A stretch of 64,000 nt of DNA from an uncultured bacterium (GCA_965652645.1 CBFGXE010000003.1:48151-112150); one strand, 5' to 3'; positions 28,959-38,893 are shown, numbered from the stretch's first letter. Numbers and translations: made by a program. Notes: a model not told the origin generated them from the sequence alone.

Positions 28959-29600
28959 CTACCAGGGCGCGTCGGCGCGGCGCGCGTAGCGGAACCAGGG
29001 GTCGGATGGCCCCGGCACCGCAACGCCCGCTGCATCGCGCTGCAGCTCATACAGGGAGACGCCGTCGGCATCGAGCTCCAGGCGCTCTTCCACGCGCAGC
29101 GTCTCGCCGGTGCCCGGCGCGGAAATGCGGCAGCCGCTGCTGCCGCTGCCGGTGAAGCCGCCGCCGCTGCGCGTGACCAGGATGTCGCACCCCAGGCGCG
29201 GCTTCACGTCCTGCGCCAGCATGCTCTTGAAGAGGTCGCGGTTCAGGTGGCCGTCGCGCCAGCGCGAAGGCTCCACCAGGTCGGCCTTCGACAGCAGGGC
29301 CCGTTCGCCGTCCTCCGCGGGGCGCAGCACCAGCAGGTATTGCGCGAACACGCGCCGCGGGTCATCGGCGGCCATCTCCTGCACGTAGAAAACATGCCTG
29401 GCCACCTGCGCGGCCTGCACCGGCGCGATCACCAGGTGCACGGCCGGGTGCCCGCCACCGGTGCGCGACTGCGCCAGGTTGTCGTAGCTGCCGGGCAGCA
29501 TGGTCGCCAGCTGCGTTGCGAAGAGTTCGCCGCGCTCCGGCTGCGAGGCGCACGCCGCCAGCAACAGGAGTGCACACCACAATGAATTCCTAACCACCAT
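28959..29600 (-). CDS. CpcT/CpeT-like (DUF1001) beta-barrel lipoprotein
   Basis: 213 aa from MVVRNSLWCALLLLAACAS (lipobox). Blocks LATMLPGSYDNLAQS, HVFYVQEMAADDPRRVFAQYLLVL, RLGCDILVTRSGGGFTGSGSSGCRI and DPWFRYAR are colinear with remembered CpcT blocks (FSNQAQA, FFVEQAY..PYRLRVLKL, GC..V...G..F.G....GC, GPFYFVR). Confidence 0.55.
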   Translation of the reverse strand: MVVRNSLWCALLLLAACASQPERGELFATQLATMLPGSYDNLAQSRTGGGHPAVHLVIAPVQAAQVARHVFYVQEMAADDPRRVFAQYLLVLRPAEDGERALLSKADLVEPSRWRDGHLNRDLFKSMLAQDVKPRLGCDILVTRSGGGFTGSGSSGCRISAPGTGETLRVEERLELDADGVSLYELQRDAAGVAVPGPSDPWFRYARRADAPW

Positions 29601-30627
29601 AGACCACCCGCCATTGCGCCGGATAAGTGAGGCCAAGCTTGACGATTGAATCGAGCAGCGCCGGATAGTCGCGCCCGGCCGCCGCCGCGGCGCAGGCGAA
29701 ATCCTCCTCGCGGGCCAGGTGCGGGTTCGCATTGGCCTCCAGCGCGTAGACGCTGCCGTCCGCGCGCATGCGGAAGTCCATGCGCGCGTAGCCGGTGAGG
29801 CCCAGCGCGCGGTAGATGCGGCGCGTGAGCCGGTCGAGCTGGGCCTGCACGCCGGGCGGCAGGTCGCGCGCCGGGGCGCTGTCGATGCCGTAGCGGGCGC
29901 GGTACTTGGCGTCCCACTTCACCTTGCGCGTGGCGATGGCGCTGCCCTTGTCGGACATGCTGCCGAAGTTCAGCTCCCATACCGGGAAGGTGGTGATGCG
30001 CTGGTTGCCCAGCGCGCCCACGTACAGTTCCCGCCCCTCGATGTATTCCTCGACCAGCGCATCGGACTTGTGCTGTTCGATCACGAACTCCACCCGCTCC
30101 CTCAGCTGCCCGGCATTGGTCACCACCGAGGCCTGCGCGATGCCCTGGGAGGCGTCGTCGGTGCTGGACTTCACGAACAGCGGGTAGCGGATGCGGCGCG
30201 GGATCTTCACCTTCAGCTCGCGGCGGAACACCTGGAACAGGGGCGTGGGGATACGGTGGTACGCAAACACCTGCTTGCACAGCGCCTTGTCGCGCGACAG
30301 CAGCAGCCCGCGCGGATTGCAGCCGGTGTAGGGCTGGCGCAGCATCTCGAGGAAGGCCACCACGTGCTGGTCGTAGCTGACGATGCCGTCGAACTCCTCC
30401 AGCAGGTTGAAGACCACGTCCGGCTGCCATTCGGCGATGGTGGCGCGCAGCTCGGTGATGGTGTCGAGCACCCTCAGCGCGCGCACCTCGTGGCCGGAAG
30501 CCTTCAGCGTCTGGATGACGTCGAACTCGGTGCGCCACTCCCCGATGGCCTTGGCATCCTGCCCGTCGAGGGAATCGGGCGGCATCAGGGTCGGATGCAG
30601 CACCACCAGTACGCGCGAACGCTTCAT
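29590..30627 (-). CDS. ATP-grasp ligase, D-alanine--D-alanine ligase-like family
   Basis: 345 aa. Pre-ATP-grasp N-domain (VLVVLH..PDVVFNLLEEFDG), central domain (LSRDKALCKQVFAYHRIPTP..YPLFVKS), and C-terminal catalytic block GYARMDFRMRADGSVYALEANANP. ATGA overlap with the upstream peptidase gene and an 11-nt overlap with the downstream lipoprotein gene. Confidence 0.8.
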   Translation of the reverse strand: MKRSRVLVVLHPTLMPPDSLDGQDAKAIGEWRTEFDVIQTLKASGHEVRALRVLDTITELRATIAEWQPDVVFNLLEEFDGIVSYDQHVVAFLEMLRQPYTGCNPRGLLLSRDKALCKQVFAYHRIPTPLFQVFRRELKVKIPRRIRYPLFVKSSTDDASQGIAQASVVTNAGQLRERVEFVIEQHKSDALVEEYIEGRELYVGALGNQRITTFPVWELNFGSMSDKGSAIATRKVKWDAKYRARYGIDSAPARDLPPGVQAQLDRLTRRIYRALGLTGYARMDFRMRADGSVYALEANANPHLAREEDFACAAAAAGRDYPALLDSIVKLGLTYPAQWRVVYGG

Positions 30628-31655
30628 AGGTTCAGTTGCGGACGCTCCCTTTCGCCGAACAGCCGCGCCATGCTGCCGAGCAGCCAGCGCGCGTGCGGCA
30701 TCGCGTCCCGCTGCGACCCCCTGAGGTAAAGCCCCATATTATCCGCGCGCTCGATGGCGATGCGCAGTACCTGCTGCAGGTTATACGCTTCGGCCGCGCC
30801 CTGGCTGCCGGCCAGCAGCTCGCGGCGCCGGGCGCGCAGGAAGGTTGCCGCCCTGGTCAGCCCGGCGCGCGGCGGGCGCCGCGTGAACACGCGCAGCAGC
30901 AGCGTGTCGGATGCCTCGCTGCACCAGTCGGTCTGGCGGGCGAGCTTCTCGCGGTAGTGTTCGGCCAGCGTGCGCTGGTTCTTTCCCAGCGGCTCGATGT
31001 GCGCGCGGCTGGTGACCCGCGGCGGCTCGGTGGACAGCTGGCGCATCAGCTCGTCCACGTAGCGCAATTTCTCCCAGGCCGGCCAGCTCGCATAGCTGCG
31101 CCGCCAGTCCGAGTTCGGCTTCAGCCATACCGCGAAGGTCTCGGCGAAGTCCTCGGTGGGATGCGCCTGCGCGTACCAGTCGCCCAGGTGCTGCACGAAA
31201 CGCCGGCTGCCCGGCCGCGCGCGGTAGGAATCGGGGTATCGCAGCGACGCCGGGCCGAACAGCTCGCGCCAGCGGGCGCGGCGGCGCAGGCGGTAGGCCG
31301 TGTCGATGGCGTGGCCCACCTCATGGCGCAGGATGCGCATCATCCACTTCTGGTTGCCCCCCTCCACCTGCCGCATCATGCGCCGCTCCAGCCGCATCAG
31401 CCGTGGATGGGCCAGGTAGAAGGGCACGGCGATGCCCGGCACGCCGTCGGGGGAGAACCACTCCTCGGCCAGCCACATGTGCGGGCGGAAGTTCAGGCCG
31501 CGCCGCGCCAGCTCGTCGTGCACGCGGTTCAGGCGCCGTTCCAGCGACGTGCCACGCAGCTTCAGCCCCAGGTCGCAGAAGCGCACCTGCAGCAGCTCGG
31601 TATCGGTCAGGCGCGACCAGTGCGCGCCGCCGCGCAGCTCACGTGTCCTGGGCAT
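30624..31655 (-). CDS. putative zinc-binding metallopeptidase (HExxH)
   Basis: 343 aa. HEVGH at residues 111-115 (about 31311-31325), followed by HPTEDFAETFAVW, which could supply a third ligand. No signal peptide. Resembles the 'putative zinc-binding metallopeptidase' family as I remember it. Confidence 0.7.
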   Translation of the reverse strand: MPRTRELRGGAHWSRLTDTELLQVRFCDLGLKLRGTSLERRLNRVHDELARRGLNFRPHMWLAEEWFSPDGVPGIAVPFYLAHPRLMRLERRMMRQVEGGNQKWMMRILRHEVGHAIDTAYRLRRRARWRELFGPASLRYPDSYRARPGSRRFVQHLGDWYAQAHPTEDFAETFAVWLKPNSDWRRSYASWPAWEKLRYVDELMRQLSTEPPRVTSRAHIEPLGKNQRTLAEHYREKLARQTDWCSEASDTLLLRVFTRRPPRAGLTRAATFLRARRRELLAGSQGAAEAYNLQQVLRIAIERADNMGLYLRGSQRDAMPHARWLLGSMARLFGERERPQLNL

Positions 31656-32169
31656 GCACCGGCTCCACTATCCAGTCGAGGATGTAGCGTTCCTGCGCTT
31701 CGGTTTCAGGCACGTGCGGCCACACGCCCGAACGGGCGTTGTGCTGCCACAGGCGGTTCAGCTCGGTCATGGCCTGCTGCGGAGCCTGGCCGCATTCCCT
31801 GAGGTAGCAGCCGATGGTCATGCCGGTGCGCCCGTAGCCGGCGCGGCAGTGCACGTAGACCGCCCCCTCCCCGGACAGCTCCTGTGCCAGCACCCGCTGG
31901 ATGCGGCGCATGTCCGCCGGCTTCGCCGGCACGGAATGATCGGGAACCGGCAGGCGGTGCACCCTGGCTTCGGCAGGCAGGAAAGACCTGTAGTCAGGCA
32001 TTTCCCCTTCCTGCGTCAGGTCGATGAAGGTGCGCACGCCGGCGGCCAGCAGCAGCTGCAGGCGGCGGCTGTGGCCGGCCACGCTGCCCGCACAGGGGTG
32101 CTCGCCGGCGAGCAGGCGGCCACGCTCCACCCAGTAGCTGTTGGCCAGCGGCGGTGGCGGCATCCTCAT
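31639..32169 (-). CDS. cytoplasmic Cys-based protein phosphatase (dual-specificity/PTP fold)
   Basis: 176 aa. P-loop [11 protein letters not shown] (HCX5R) with an upstream general-acid candidate, VPDHSVP. No signal peptide. 17-nt overlap with the peptidase gene and an ATGA overlap with ttcA. Confidence 0.8.
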   Translation of the reverse strand: MRMPPPPLANSYWVERGRLLAGEHPCAGSVAGHSRRLQLLLAAGVRTFIDLTQEGEMPDYRSFLPAEARVHRLPVPDHSVPAKPADMRRIQRVLAQELSGEGAVYVHCRAGYGRTGMTIGCYLRECGQAPQQAMTELNRLWQHNARSGVWPHVPETEAQERYILDWIVEPVHAQDT

Positions 32170-32987
32170 GCGTGCTCCCCCGGCGCCAGTCCCCTGAAGT
32201 CGAAGAGGCGGGTATCGGCCAGGGTGGAAGGCTCCACGTTGCGCAGCGCGCTGAAGAGGGTCTCGATGCGCCCGGGATGTTCAGCCTCCCACGCAGCCAG
32301 CATCTGCTTCACCTGCGCGCGCTGCAGGTTCTCCTGCGAACCGCACAGGTCGCAGGGAATGATGGGGAAACCCCGGGCGCTCGCATAGCGTGCGATGTCG
32401 CGCTCGGCCACATAGGCCAGCGGCCGGATCACGATGTGGCGGCCATCGTCCGAGCGCAGCTTGGGCGCCATGGCCTTCAGCCTGCCGCCGTGGAAGAGGT
32501 TCAGGAACAGCGTCTCGACGATGTCGTCGCGGTGGTGGCCCAGGGCAATCCTGGTCACGCCGTTCTCCGCCGCATAGCGATACAGCGCTCCGCGGCGCAG
32601 GCGCGAGCACAGGCTGCACATGGTGCGGCCCTCGGGGATCACCCGCTTCACCACGCTGTAGGTGTCCTGCTCGATGATGTGGTAGTCCACGCCCAGCGAG
32701 GCCAGGTATTCCGGCAGCACATGCGCCGGAAAACCCGGCTGCTTCTGGTCCAGGTTCACCGCCACCAGCGAGAACTCCACCGGCGCGCTGCGCTGCAGGG
32801 ACAGCAGCATGTCGAGCAGGGTCCAGGAATCCTTGCCGCCCGACAGGCACACCATCACGCGGTCGCCCGCGCCGATCATGGCGTAGTCCTCGATGGCCTT
32901 GCCCACCAGGCCGCGGATCTGCGCGGCCAGCCGGCGCTTGGTGGAAGACAGTGGCGGCGGTGCGGCAACGACGGCTTCGATGCTCAC
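32166..32987 (-). CDS. ttcA: tRNA 2-thiocytidine(32) synthetase
   Basis: 273 aa. PP-loop [16 protein letters not shown] and Cys motifs [10 protein letters not shown] and PCDLCGSQ typical of TtcA. The GTG start overlaps the carboxypeptidase stop (GTGA). Confidence 0.9.
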   Translation of the reverse strand: MSIEAVVAAPPPLSSTKRRLAAQIRGLVGKAIEDYAMIGAGDRVMVCLSGGKDSWTLLDMLLSLQRSAPVEFSLVAVNLDQKQPGFPAHVLPEYLASLGVDYHIIEQDTYSVVKRVIPEGRTMCSLCSRLRRGALYRYAAENGVTRIALGHHRDDIVETLFLNLFHGGRLKAMAPKLRSDDGRHIVIRPLAYVAERDIARYASARGFPIIPCDLCGSQENLQRAQVKQMLAAWEAEHPGRIETLFSALRNVEPSTLADTRLFDFRGLAPGEHA

Positions 32988-34486
32988 CGTGCCTCCTCCA
33001 GGTAACGTGCTTCCAGGTAGCGCAGTGCGGGTGCGGCGGACAGCGGCCGGCCGGTGACTTCCTGCGCCAGCTCGCCCGGACCGAGCCGCGCGCCGGCGGC
33101 GTGCACCTTCTCCTTCAGCCAGCCCGTCACCACGCCGAGTTCGCCGCGGGCAATGCGGGCATCCAGGTCCGGTGTCTGTGCACGCAGGCTCTCGTAGAGC
33201 TGTCCGGCAATCACCGCGCCGATGGCATAGGAAGGAAAGTAGCCGAAGGCGCCATGCGCCCAGTGCACGTCCTGCAGGCAGCCCTCGGCGGGATTGGCAG
33301 GCGTGACTTCCAGCCTGTCGCGCATGCCCTGGTTCCAGGCTTCGGGCAGGTCGCGCACCGCCAGCCTGCCATCAAGCAGGTCCTTCTCGATGGCGTAACG
33401 CAGCAGCACGTGCATGGGATAGGTGAGCTCGTCGGCATCCACGCGGATCGCCCCGCGACGCACCTGCGTGACCAGGCGGTAGAGGTTGCCCGGCTCCCAT
33501 TCCGGCCCGCTGACACCGAAATGTTTCTCCAGCAGCGGCCGCAGCCATTCCAGGAACGGCCGGCTGCGGCAGATGACCATCTCGATGAACAGCGCCTGGC
33601 TTTCCTCCAGCGCCATGCCGCGGGCGCGGCCCACCGGCTGCGTGTACCAGGCCTGCGGCACGCCCACTTCGTACAGCGCATGGCCGGTCTCGTGCATGGC
33701 CGCCAGCAGCCCCTTGAAGGGATCGGCCTGGTCGAAGCGCGTGGTGACGCGGATGTCGCCGGCCACGCCCTCGGTGAAGGGATGGTCGCTTTCATCCAGG
33801 CGGCCGCGGCTGAAGTCGAAACCGAATGCCTTCATCAGCTCCACGGCCAGCGCGCGCTGGCGGCCGGGCGTGAACTTGCCGGCCAGCGGCAGCGCCGGCG
33901 AGGCCTGCTGGCGTTCGATGGCCTCGCGGATCAGCGAGGGCACGCGCCGCGCCAGCGCGCGGAAGATGCTGTCAACCAGGGCGCTGCGCATGCCGGGCGT
34001 GTAGTCATCCATCAGCGCGTCATAGGGGGAAAGCTGCAGCGCCTGGCCCAGCAGCGCGGCCTTGTCGCGCACCAGGTGCAGCACCTCGGTGAGCACCGGC
34101 GCAAACAGGCCGAAGTCCTTCTTCTCGCGCGCCTCGGCCCAGCGCACCTCGGCCAGCGAGGTGGCGCGGGCCAGGCGGCCGATCAGCGACACCGGCGTGG
34201 CGATGGCATGGTCGCGCTGGCGCGCCATCTCGCGCAGGTTGGCGCGCTGCCACGCATCCAGCGTGGCGATGCCGGCCTGCGCACGCTCGATCAGCCGGCT
34301 CACGCGCGGCGAGGTGAGGATGTTGTGCTGTTCGATCTCGATGGCCGCCAGCTGTTCACCGCGCACGCCGGCGCTGCCGCGCGGCATCATCACGGCGGCA
34401 TCCCAGCGCAACAGCGACAGCGCGCCACTGAAAGCGTGCAGACGCTGCCACTCCTGTTCGAGCTGTTTGTAGGGGGTGGCGGCCAT
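32984..34486 (-). CDS. M32 family metallocarboxypeptidase (Taq-like)
   Basis: 500 aa. HPF block [10 protein letters not shown], zinc site [10 protein letters not shown], and downstream [18 protein letters not shown]. Confidence 0.9.
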   Translation of the reverse strand: MAATPYKQLEQEWQRLHAFSGALSLLRWDAAVMMPRGSAGVRGEQLAAIEIEQHNILTSPRVSRLIERAQAGIATLDAWQRANLREMARQRDHAIATPVSLIGRLARATSLAEVRWAEAREKKDFGLFAPVLTEVLHLVRDKAALLGQALQLSPYDALMDDYTPGMRSALVDSIFRALARRVPSLIREAIERQQASPALPLAGKFTPGRQRALAVELMKAFGFDFSRGRLDESDHPFTEGVAGDIRVTTRFDQADPFKGLLAAMHETGHALYEVGVPQAWYTQPVGRARGMALEESQALFIEMVICRSRPFLEWLRPLLEKHFGVSGPEWEPGNLYRLVTQVRRGAIRVDADELTYPMHVLLRYAIEKDLLDGRLAVRDLPEAWNQGMRDRLEVTPANPAEGCLQDVHWAHGAFGYFPSYAIGAVIAGQLYESLRAQTPDLDARIARGELGVVTGWLKEKVHAAGARLGPGELAQEVTGRPLSAAPALRYLEARYLEEAR

Positions 34487-34583
34487 CGGGGGTGTCCCCG
34501 CGGCGAGGGGCCGCGGGGCAGTCGCCCATTCTAGCGAGGACGGCCGGGGGACGCCGGAACAACTGCCCAGGCAGCCGCTTCGC

Positions 34584-37500
34584 TCAGTGCGGGGCCGCCT
34601 CCGGAGCCACCAGGCCCGGCTGGGCGGCCTGGCCGACCTTCAGCCGATCGATGAGCCGCGACAGGTACTGCGGCGAGCGGGTATTGCGGGCGATCTTCAG
34701 GTAGAGCGCCGGCACCAGGAACAGGGTCAGGGCCACCGCGAACAGGGAGCCGAAAAGCACGGTTGCGCCGATGGACTGGCGGCTCTCGGCGCCGGCGCCG
34801 GTGGCAATGGCCAGCGGCACCGCGCCCGCCGCCGTGGCCAGGGTGGTCATGACCACCGGGCGCAGGCGCGTGACCGAGGCCTCGATGATGGCCTCGACAA
34901 ACTCCACGCCGCGGTCACGCAGCTGGTTGGCGAACTCCACGATGAGGATGCCGTTCTTGCTGGCGATGCCGATCAGCATCACCGCGCCGATCTGGCTGAA
35001 GACATTGATGGAGGAGCCGTACAGCCACAGCCCCACCAGCGCGCCAGTCAGCGCCATGGGCACCGCGGCCAGGATCACCAGCGGGTGCACGAAACTCTCG
35101 AACTGCGCCGCCAGCACCAGGTACACGATGAGCAGTGCGAAGGCGAAGGTGAGCATCAGGCCGCCCGAGGAGCGCTTCAGCTCGCGCGACTCGCCGTCGT
35201 ATTCGATCTGGATGGGTACCTCGCCCTGCTGCTGGCGCACCACGTTTTCCAGGTAGTCCAGCGCATCGCCGAGCGCATATCCCGGCCCGAGGTTGGCGCT
35301 CACCATCACCGAGCGCAGGCGGTTGAAGCGGCGCAGTTCCGAAGCCGCGCCGGTCTCCTGGATGGAAACCACGCTGGCCAGCGGTACCAGCTCGCCGCTG
35401 CGCGCGGAGCGCACGTAGATGTTGTCCAGGTCGCCCACCGAGGCGCGCTGTTCGTCGCGCGCCTGCAGCACCACGTTGTATTCATCGCCGCCCATGGGGA
35501 AGGTGCCCACCACGCGCGAACCGAGCATGGTCTCCAGCGCGCGCGACACGTCGGTCACCGAGACGCCGAGGTCGGCGGCCTTGTTGCGGTCGACCGCCAC
35601 GCGCAGCTGCGGCTGGCGCTCCTCGTAGTCCATCTCCAGGTTGGTGAGACGCGGGTTCTCCCCGGAGGCAACAGCGATGACCTTGTTGGCCACCTCGGCA
35701 ACCTGCTGGAACTCCGGTCCCTGCAGCACCACCTGCACCGGCTTGCCGGAGCCGCCCAGGCCGCCGGGCGTGCGGGGCACCACGCGTGCGCCCGGGATGT
35801 CGCGCGTGCGCGCCTGCAGGCGGGCCACGATCTGCTCGGCGGTATCGGGCCGCTCGCCCCAGTTCTTCAGCGGCATGAACACCATGCCATTGCTCACCGA
35901 GGCCTGGTTGTTCCAGTTGCCGGTGCGGCGGATCACGCGCGTGGCATTGCCGCGCTCCACCTCGTCGTAGGCGATGGCCGCCACCAGCTCGAGCTGGCGC
36001 TGGGTGTATTCCATGCTCGAGCCTTCCGGCGCCTGCACCATGATCTGCACGCGACCGCGGTCCTCGCGCGGGGCCAGCTCGGTGGCCAGCTGCATGCCCT
36101 TCCACGGCCAGCCCACCACCAGCAGCGAGATCAGCAGCACCGCCGACAGCCCGGCCATGGACAGCAGCAATACCGGCCGCGCACCGCCCAGGGTCCAGCG
36201 CAGCATGTTGCCGTAGGAGCGGGCGCAGGCCTGGAACAGGCGATCAACCCCCGCTGCCAGCCGGCCGCGATGGATGCCATTGGCGAACAGCCTGGAGGTC
36301 ATCATCGGGGTGAGCGTGAGGGCCACCAGCGCCGAGAACAGCACCGCCGCGGCGATGGACACGCCGAACTCGGAGAACAGCCGTCCCACGTTGCCCTGCA
36401 GGTAGGAGATGGGCAGGAACACCGACACCAGCACCAGCGTGGTGGCGATCACGGCGAAGCCGATCTCGCGGCTGCCGTTGATGGCCGCCAGCAGCGGCGG
36501 TTCCTTCAACTCTATGCGGCGCACGATGTTCTCGAGCACCACGATGGCGTCGTCCACCACCAGGCCGATGGCCAGCACCGCGCCCAGCAGCGTCAGCGTG
36601 TTGATGGAATAGTCCAGCGCCGCCATCACCACCGCCGCGGCCAGGATGGACACGGGGATGGTCGCGGCCGGGATCAGCGTGGCCCTGAGCGTGCCCAGGA
36701 ACAGGAAGATGACCACCAGCACGATGACGCCCGTCTCGGCCAGCACCTTCATCACCTTCACCATGGACTCGCGGATGAACACCGAGTTGTCGATGTTCAC
36801 CTCGAAGGTGATGTCCTCTGGCAGGCCCTCGCGGATCAGCGCGATCTCCTTCTTCACCGCCGCCGCCACGTCGAGCACGTTGGCCGTGGACAGCGGCGTG
36901 ACCGGCATCAGCAGCGCCGGCCCCGTATCCGTGGCCGAGCCGCCGCGATGCGTCTCGGCCGCCAGCTGCACCTGCGCCACCTCGCCCAGCCGCACGAGGT
37001 AGCCATCGGCGCCGCGGCCGACCACCAGGTTGCGGAATTCCTCCTCGTTGCGCAGCGAGGTGTCGGTGCGCAGCGTGAACTCGCGCTGCTGCGACTCGAT
37101 GCGCCCGGCTGGCAGCTCGATGTTCTCGCTGCGCAGCGCGTTCTCGATGTCGTTGACCGTCACCTGGCGGGCGGCCATCGCGCCCCGGTCCAGCCAGATG
37201 CGCATGGCGTAGCGGCGCGCGCCGTTGATCATCACGTTGGCCACGCCTGGCACCGCGGCCAGGCGGTCCACCAGGTAGCGCTCCGCGTAGTCGGTGAGCT
37301 CCAGCGCGTTGCGGGTGTTGCTGGAGAGGATGCCGAACAGCACCGCGTCGGCGCCGCTTTCCACCTTCTCGACCTGCGGCGGGTCGGCCTCGTCGGGCAG
37401 GCGGCGCATCACGCGCGTGACGCGGTCGCGCACGTCGTTGGCGGCAGAGTCGATGTTGCGGCTGGCATTGAACAGCACGTCGATGTTGGCGCGCTCGTCG

Positions 37501-37754
37501 CGGCTGCGCGAGGTCACCTTGTCGACGCCCTCCAGCCCGGCGACTTCGTTCTCGATGAGCTGCGTGATGCGGGTCTCGATCACGCCGGCGTTGGCACCAC
37601 GATAGGTGACATTGACGCTGACCGCCGGCTGCTGGATGTCCGGGTATTCGCGGATGGACAGGCGCAGCGCCGCCATGATGCCCACGATGAGCAGCAGCAG
37701 CGACAGCACGGTGGCGAAGACCGGCCGCCGGATCGAGAGCTCGGAAATGATCAT
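34584..37754 (-). CDS. efflux RND transporter permease subunit
   Basis: 1056 aa. MIISELSIRRPVFATVLSLLLLIVGIMAALRLSIREYPDI and GLVVDDAIVVLENIVRR. 12-TM architecture. Confidence 0.95.
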   Translation of the reverse strand: MIISELSIRRPVFATVLSLLLLIVGIMAALRLSIREYPDIQQPAVSVNVTYRGANAGVIETRITQLIENEVAGLEGVDKVTSRSRDERANIDVLFNASRNIDSAANDVRDRVTRVMRRLPDEADPPQVEKVESGADAVLFGILSSNTRNALELTDYAERYLVDRLAAVPGVANVMINGARRYAMRIWLDRGAMAARQVTVNDIENALRSENIELPAGRIESQQREFTLRTDTSLRNEEEFRNLVVGRGADGYLVRLGEVAQVQLAAETHRGGSATDTGPALLMPVTPLSTANVLDVAAAVKKEIALIREGLPEDITFEVNIDNSVFIRESMVKVMKVLAETGVIVLVVIFLFLGTLRATLIPAATIPVSILAAAVVMAALDYSINTLTLLGAVLAIGLVVDDAIVVLENIVRRIELKEPPLLAAINGSREIGFAVIATTLVLVSVFLPISYLQGNVGRLFSEFGVSIAAAVLFSALVALTLTPMMTSRLFANGIHRGRLAAGVDRLFQACARSYGNMLRWTLGGARPVLLLSMAGLSAVLLISLLVVGWPWKGMQLATELAPREDRGRVQIMVQAPEGSSMEYTQRQLELVAAIAYDEVERGNATRVIRRTGNWNNQASVSNGMVFMPLKNWGERPDTAEQIVARLQARTRDIPGARVVPRTPGGLGGSGKPVQVVLQGPEFQQVAEVANKVIAVASGENPRLTNLEMDYEERQPQLRVAVDRNKAADLGVSVTDVSRALETMLGSRVVGTFPMGGDEYNVVLQARDEQRASVGDLDNIYVRSARSGELVPLASVVSIQETGAASELRRFNRLRSVMVSANLGPGYALGDALDYLENVVRQQQGEVPIQIEYDGESRELKRSSGGLMLTFAFALLIVYLVLAAQFESFVHPLVILAAVPMALTGALVGLWLYGSSINVFSQIGAVMLIGIASKNGILIVEFANQLRDRGVEFVEAIIEASVTRLRPVVMTTLATAAGAVPLAIATGAGAESRQSIGATVLFGSLFAVALTLFLVPALYLKIARNTRSPQYLSRLIDRLKVGQAAQPGLVAPEAAPH

Positions 37755-38893
37755 GACGGCTGGGAGGAGCCGGGCTGCAGGACGGGCGCCCCCGCTCCGC
37801 CCCCGGCGGCGCCGGGCGCTTCGGCTTCACGGACCAGCACCCCGTCGCGCAGCTTGAGCGTGCCCTCGGTCACCACGCGGTCGCCGGCCCGCAGGCCATC
37901 GGTGATCTCCACGAAGCCGGGTTCGCGCCGGCCCAGCGTGACCTCGCGCTTCTCGACGACCTCCCCGCGCACCACGTAGACGAACTGCCGTGCCTGCTCG
38001 GGCACCAGCGCTTCCTCGGGGATCACCAGCGCGGGCCGCTGGTCCTGCGAGAGCGCGACGGTGAGGAACATGCCGGGCTTGAGCGCGAGGTCCGGATTGG
38101 GCACGGCCGCCCGCACGGTCACCGAGCGGGAGGACGGATCCACGCGCGAGTCGACGCTGATCACCCTGCCGGTGAACTGCCGGCCGGGATAGGCATTGGT
38201 GCGCGCCACCACCGCCTGCCCGGCCTTCAGCGCACCCACCTCGGCCTCGGGCACGGAGAAGTCGACCTTGATGGTGCTGGTGTCATCCAGCGTGGTGACC
38301 AGCGTGCCGGGATTGATCAGCGCGCCGACGCTCACCCGTCGCAGGCCCACGTGCCCGGTGAAGGGTGCGCGGATGTAGGTGTCGGAAAGGCGCGATTGCG
38401 CCGCGGCCACGCGCGCCTCGTTGGACTTCATCGTGGCCTCGAGCTGCTCGTGCTGCGCCTTCGACAGCGCCTGCGTCGCCAGCAGCTCGCGGGCGCGGCC
38501 GAACTGGCTGCGGCTCTCTTCATAGGCCGCGGTGGCGGCTGCGAGGTCGGCCTCGGCAGTGCCGCGGTCCAGCTCGACCAGCACCTGGCCCCGCTGCACG
38601 GGCTGTCCGTCGGTGAAATGGATGGCCGTGACGATGTTGCTGGTCTTGGCCGTGATGTCCACGGCCTCGTTGGCACCGGCGGTGCCGATGGCCTCCAGCC
38701 CCACGTTGAGCTGGCGCTGGCGCGCCGGGGCGGTGACGACGCGGACCGGGGCCTGTGCGCCGCCCATTGCGGATCCGGACATGGCGTTGTTGTCCGCCGG
38801 CGTGTCGTGCTTGGACTCATAGATGGCCCAACCCGCGCACACCACGGCCAACGCGACACTGACGACTGCTACTACGGTGCGCGGCTCTGACAT
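37751..38893 (-). CDS. efflux RND transporter periplasmic adaptor subunit
   Basis: 380 aa from MSEPRTVVAVVSVALAV (ATG 38893, frame-checked). Blocks TAIHFTDGQPVQRGQVLVELD and SDTYIRAPFTGHVG. ATGA overlap with the pump gene. The track ORF extension to 39415 is non-coding-like. Confidence 0.9.
   Translation of the reverse strand: MSEPRTVVAVVSVALAVVCAGWAIYESKHDTPADNNAMSGSAMGGAQAPVRVVTAPARQRQLNVGLEAIGTAGANEAVDITAKTSNIVTAIHFTDGQPVQRGQVLVELDRGTAEADLAAATAAYEESRSQFGRARELLATQALSKAQHEQLEATMKSNEARVAAAQSRLSDTYIRAPFTGHVGLRRVSVGALINPGTLVTTLDDTSTIKVDFSVPEAEVGALKAGQAVVARTNAYPGRQFTGRVISVDSRVDPSSRSVTVRAAVPNPDLALKPGMFLTVALSQDQRPALVIPEEALVPEQARQFVYVVRGEVVEKREVTLGRREPGFVEITDGLRAGDRVVTEGTLKLRDGVLVREAEAPGAAGGGAGAPVLQPGSSQPS

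Noticed and set aside
34476-37979. Very long antisense ORFs opposite well-supported genes. Examples: 34476-37979 (+, 1167 aa), 784-2439 (-), 2830-5049 (+), 39031-41232 (-), 46271-48415 (-), 48762-51140 (+), 52925-55072 (-), 24937-26886 (+), 61436-62959 (-).
   Set aside because: Their translations are Arg/Ala/Gly/His/Gln-rich with no recognisable motifs. The opposite strand in each case encodes a full-length protein with clear family signatures. Long stop-free antisense frames are expected in high-GC DNA.
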